From contig NC_088862.1 in NCBI RefSeq assembly GCF_963853765.1, forward strand, positions 26,846,001 through 26,910,000: a stretch of 64,000 nucleotides of DNA, in the 5' to 3' direction. This DNA is from Magallana gigas. Its lineage: Eukaryota. Each line of letters begins with the position of its first letter. The stretch's first letter is position 1. Position numbers and translations under genes: made by a program. A model generated the notes under the pieces. That model was not told the origin of the DNA, ran no database searches, and saw only the letters and a program-made list of their open reading frames with translations. Below, one piece after another: positions 61,736 through 64,000 of this stretch.

Positions 61736-63603
61736 GTATCTTTTCTGACGGATAAAAGGATTAGAATTTACCTTAGTAATGTTTTCAATACTTGATGTAC
61801 AATTTACATAGTCAATAATTCAATGTTTTGGTTTTATGGGGTTTTTTTCAATATGATTAACGCATTGTAAAATATAGATAAATAAACAAGAAAATTTTTC
61901 TTTGTAGATGAAGATGGTAGAATCCCACAATGCTGCGCTGATTCACATAAAAATAACATCAGGTACGTTAAGAATTGATTACCCCATGAAATCTTAAATT
62001 TCAAAAAATAAATAACTTGAATTGGCAATTTCTTGGAAAAGTATATAGATTATTTTCCAAGAGCAATAAACACAGTTACCTACGTTATGTAAGGAGGAAT
62101 TTTAATTCATCCTGCAGGTTCTTGTGCAATATTGAACTCCATTACATCCATTAAGATGTCTGACATTGATATTAAGATTTTCTTAGAAAAGTTAAGGCAT
62201 AATAAAAAGTTACAGGAGGAATAACCCATCAAAGAATGATGCGTCAAATATAGTTTAGTGTTTTTCTCTTTGAATGCTTCATTAACACAATGTTACGTAA
62301 GAGTATTTTTTTATTATCAAATACAGTACAGAATGTTCTTTTTTTAAAAGAAATATTCAATTGATATATATAGATCTGGAATTTTTATAACAGTTTGTGG
62401 TGTTTGCTTAGAAATGTTTTAACGATAATGTTCGATAAAAGGATGCCATGCGCAAATCTAGAGGGTTTAGAGACCCACCCCTAGAAAATTCAAACTTAAA
62501 AACACTTAGTAAAATTACCGGAGATAGGCCTCGGATCACTTTACCCCGATCCGCTTTTGAATGTTCTCGTATATATATACTTCAGGGTGTACTTAAAGAA
62601 ATATTAATAATCAATTCATAGAATTATGCATGGAAAGAATAGCATCGAAGTTGATTTATAATGTTTTATCAATAAAATAATGCATTAAAAGAGTGATATT
62701 AAATATAGTTCAGGATGTTTCCCGCTGGTTCGTCACGTGGGTGGGGATGAGGAATGTATGCCCTTCATGAGATCCGCCCCCGCAGAAGAACCGGTCCGTC
62801 CAGAGTCCTGCGGTAAGCTATCAATCTGCACACGTGGTAAGCTAAAAATAGTACATATATTTGTACACATGGCATGCGCGGATCCAGATAATTTTTCCAG
62901 GGGGGGTCCGAAGGATAATTGTGTTTGCCAGGGGGGGTCCGAGGCATATTTTCGCGATAATTTTACTATGTAAATTTAATAAATTTTCATTTTCCAGGGG
63001 GGGGGGACCCCCCCGACCCCCCCCCCCCCCCCACTAGATCCGCGCATGCATGGTTAGCTATAATAAATAGAGCAAGTAATTGAACACGTGATTAGATTTT
63101 TTTTTAACAAGTACATCTACGAGTTATATTTTAGTTTATAATAAAATAGAAATAAATGTGTATAAGTTCTGGATAACAAAAAAGTTGCATAAAAGTGATA
63201 CCAAATATAAACAGTACGAGTATAAAGTACTACATGCATTGATACATGTATACACATGTAAAGCTAAAACACCTGCATTAAAATGTAAGAATAATGTCAT
63301 TTGTAGTTACTAGTATACGTCTATCTAACATGTTTTGGTAAAAAGTGAATGATTATCGATTTCAGCAAAAAAACAAAAAAAAAAACACAAAAAAAAAACG
63401 GTAATAATGTTTTAAATCTAGATCTAGAACTTTGAAAATGTTACTTGTCACAACTCTTTTTTCTTACAAAGTTTAAAATTTTGTGTTATTTTTAGGGAAA
63501 GATTTCAGGGAGCAGATTAACGAGCTGACGTCATTCATAGACCTTGGCAACGTGTATGGCAACAGTTACCTTGTATCCAAGGCGATGGAGGCCGGGGTAT
63601 ATG
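55757..63603 (+). CDS. Secreted animal heme peroxidase (peroxidase-cyclooxygenase superfamily; chorion peroxidase/peroxinectin-like), 3' part outside window
   Basis: Exons: start mini-exon 55757-55763 or 57246-57258; 58041-58187 (signal peptide KLFLSPLLYLAILVQIALG); 60264-60405; 60813-61033 (RYRTADGVCNNL...WG); 61348-61527 (FGQFLDHDL, distal Q/D/H); 61908-61962; 62709-62812 (CFP...CMPFMRS); 63496-63603 (REQINELTSFID...VYG). All phases are compatible. Confidence 0.9.
57856..58018. mobile_element. Short MITE with AAGGAAT-type imperfect TIRs; related partial copy near 50040-50156
   Basis: aaaggaatcattctttg ... caaagaagcattcctt inverted pair. Confidence 0.55.
58212..60239. repeat. Modular direct/inverted repeats filling a peroxidase intron
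   Basis: Module A (~125-145 bp) at 58212, 58339, inverted at 59539-59682 and direct at 60042; module B (29 bp) at 58567, 58694, inverted at 59429 and direct at 60211. Confidence 0.8.
59762..59985. mobile_element. MITE with CAGGCACG(T/A)AG TIRs and G/C runs
   Basis: CAGGCACGTAG ... CTTCGTGCCTG; no TSD found. Confidence 0.6.
60411..60670. repeat. (GA)n microsatellites (others: ~55019-55060, 36810-37069; (CTAT)n 61678-61735)
   Basis: Direct inspection. Confidence 0.95.
62873..63048. mobile_element. 176-bp MITE with perfect 12-bp TIRs, flanked by CATGG direct repeats
   Basis: CATGCGCGGATC...GATCCGCGCATG; CATGG at 62868-62872 and 63049-63053. Confidence 0.8.
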
Positions 63604-64000
63604 GTGAGATTTTTGACTGTTGAATATGTATATGTAAAAGGTACATTTAACAATGGAAATTGCGCACGGGGGGGGGGGGGCCTTCAAAAAAAATAAATAA
63701 CGACTTTAATGGGTAAAGGAATGTAACGAGTTTCCTGTCCAAGAGAATGGGAGGCAAGCCAACTCCAAACAGTTTTGGGAGCAGGGGCATTTTTCTACAA
63801 CTGATTAATTAAGTTAAACTTACTTTGATATTTTATTTTCACTGCCATAACAAATTCTTCGTTGGAAAGGAATTTGTGACTTTGAAATAAATATAAAATC
63901 ATGTTGCCATAATGTGCCCTCTCTACGTTACTTCGTGTCTGACCGTGGTCCGTCAACCTAATTTTCCTGTGGCGCAACAGTTCCTCAGCTATTTCGTTAG

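Overview
AT-rich eukaryotic genomic DNA with spliceosomal introns, many MITE/Helitron-type repeats and (GA/CT)n microsatellites. The repeat landscape resembles a bivalve mollusc such as an oyster (inference). There are two N gaps (1160-1297, 49680-49824). Left to right: (1) a minus-strand multi-exon gene for a secreted or membrane protein (signal peptide-CUB-CUB-Thr-rich linker-Ig-calcium-binding EGF) that runs off the left edge. (2) A very young 11,861-bp Ty3/Gypsy LTR retroelement (20086-31946, minus strand) with 736-bp LTRs differing at about 2 nt, a 4-bp TSD (ATTC), gag, -1-frameshifted pol and a baculovirus-F/errantivirus-type env. (3) Three intronless class-A-like 7TM receptor genes; two come from a ~4.5-kb tandem duplication with a truncated PIF/Harbinger-like element at the junction. 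(4) A plus-strand multi-exon animal heme peroxidase gene running off the right edge. The standout is the retroelement. Between pol and env it carries four extra intact ORFs. One splice donor lies in the leader, and a 3' splice acceptor sits 0-3 nt before the ATG of each accessory ORF and of env. Three of the four accessory proteins are paralogues sharing an LPxxhxxxIMxYxR motif that resembles an F-box/Cul2-box helix. This is a complex-retrovirus-like genome plan in an invertebrate Gypsy-family element. The ORFs and splice signals are seen in sequence; the functions are inferred.
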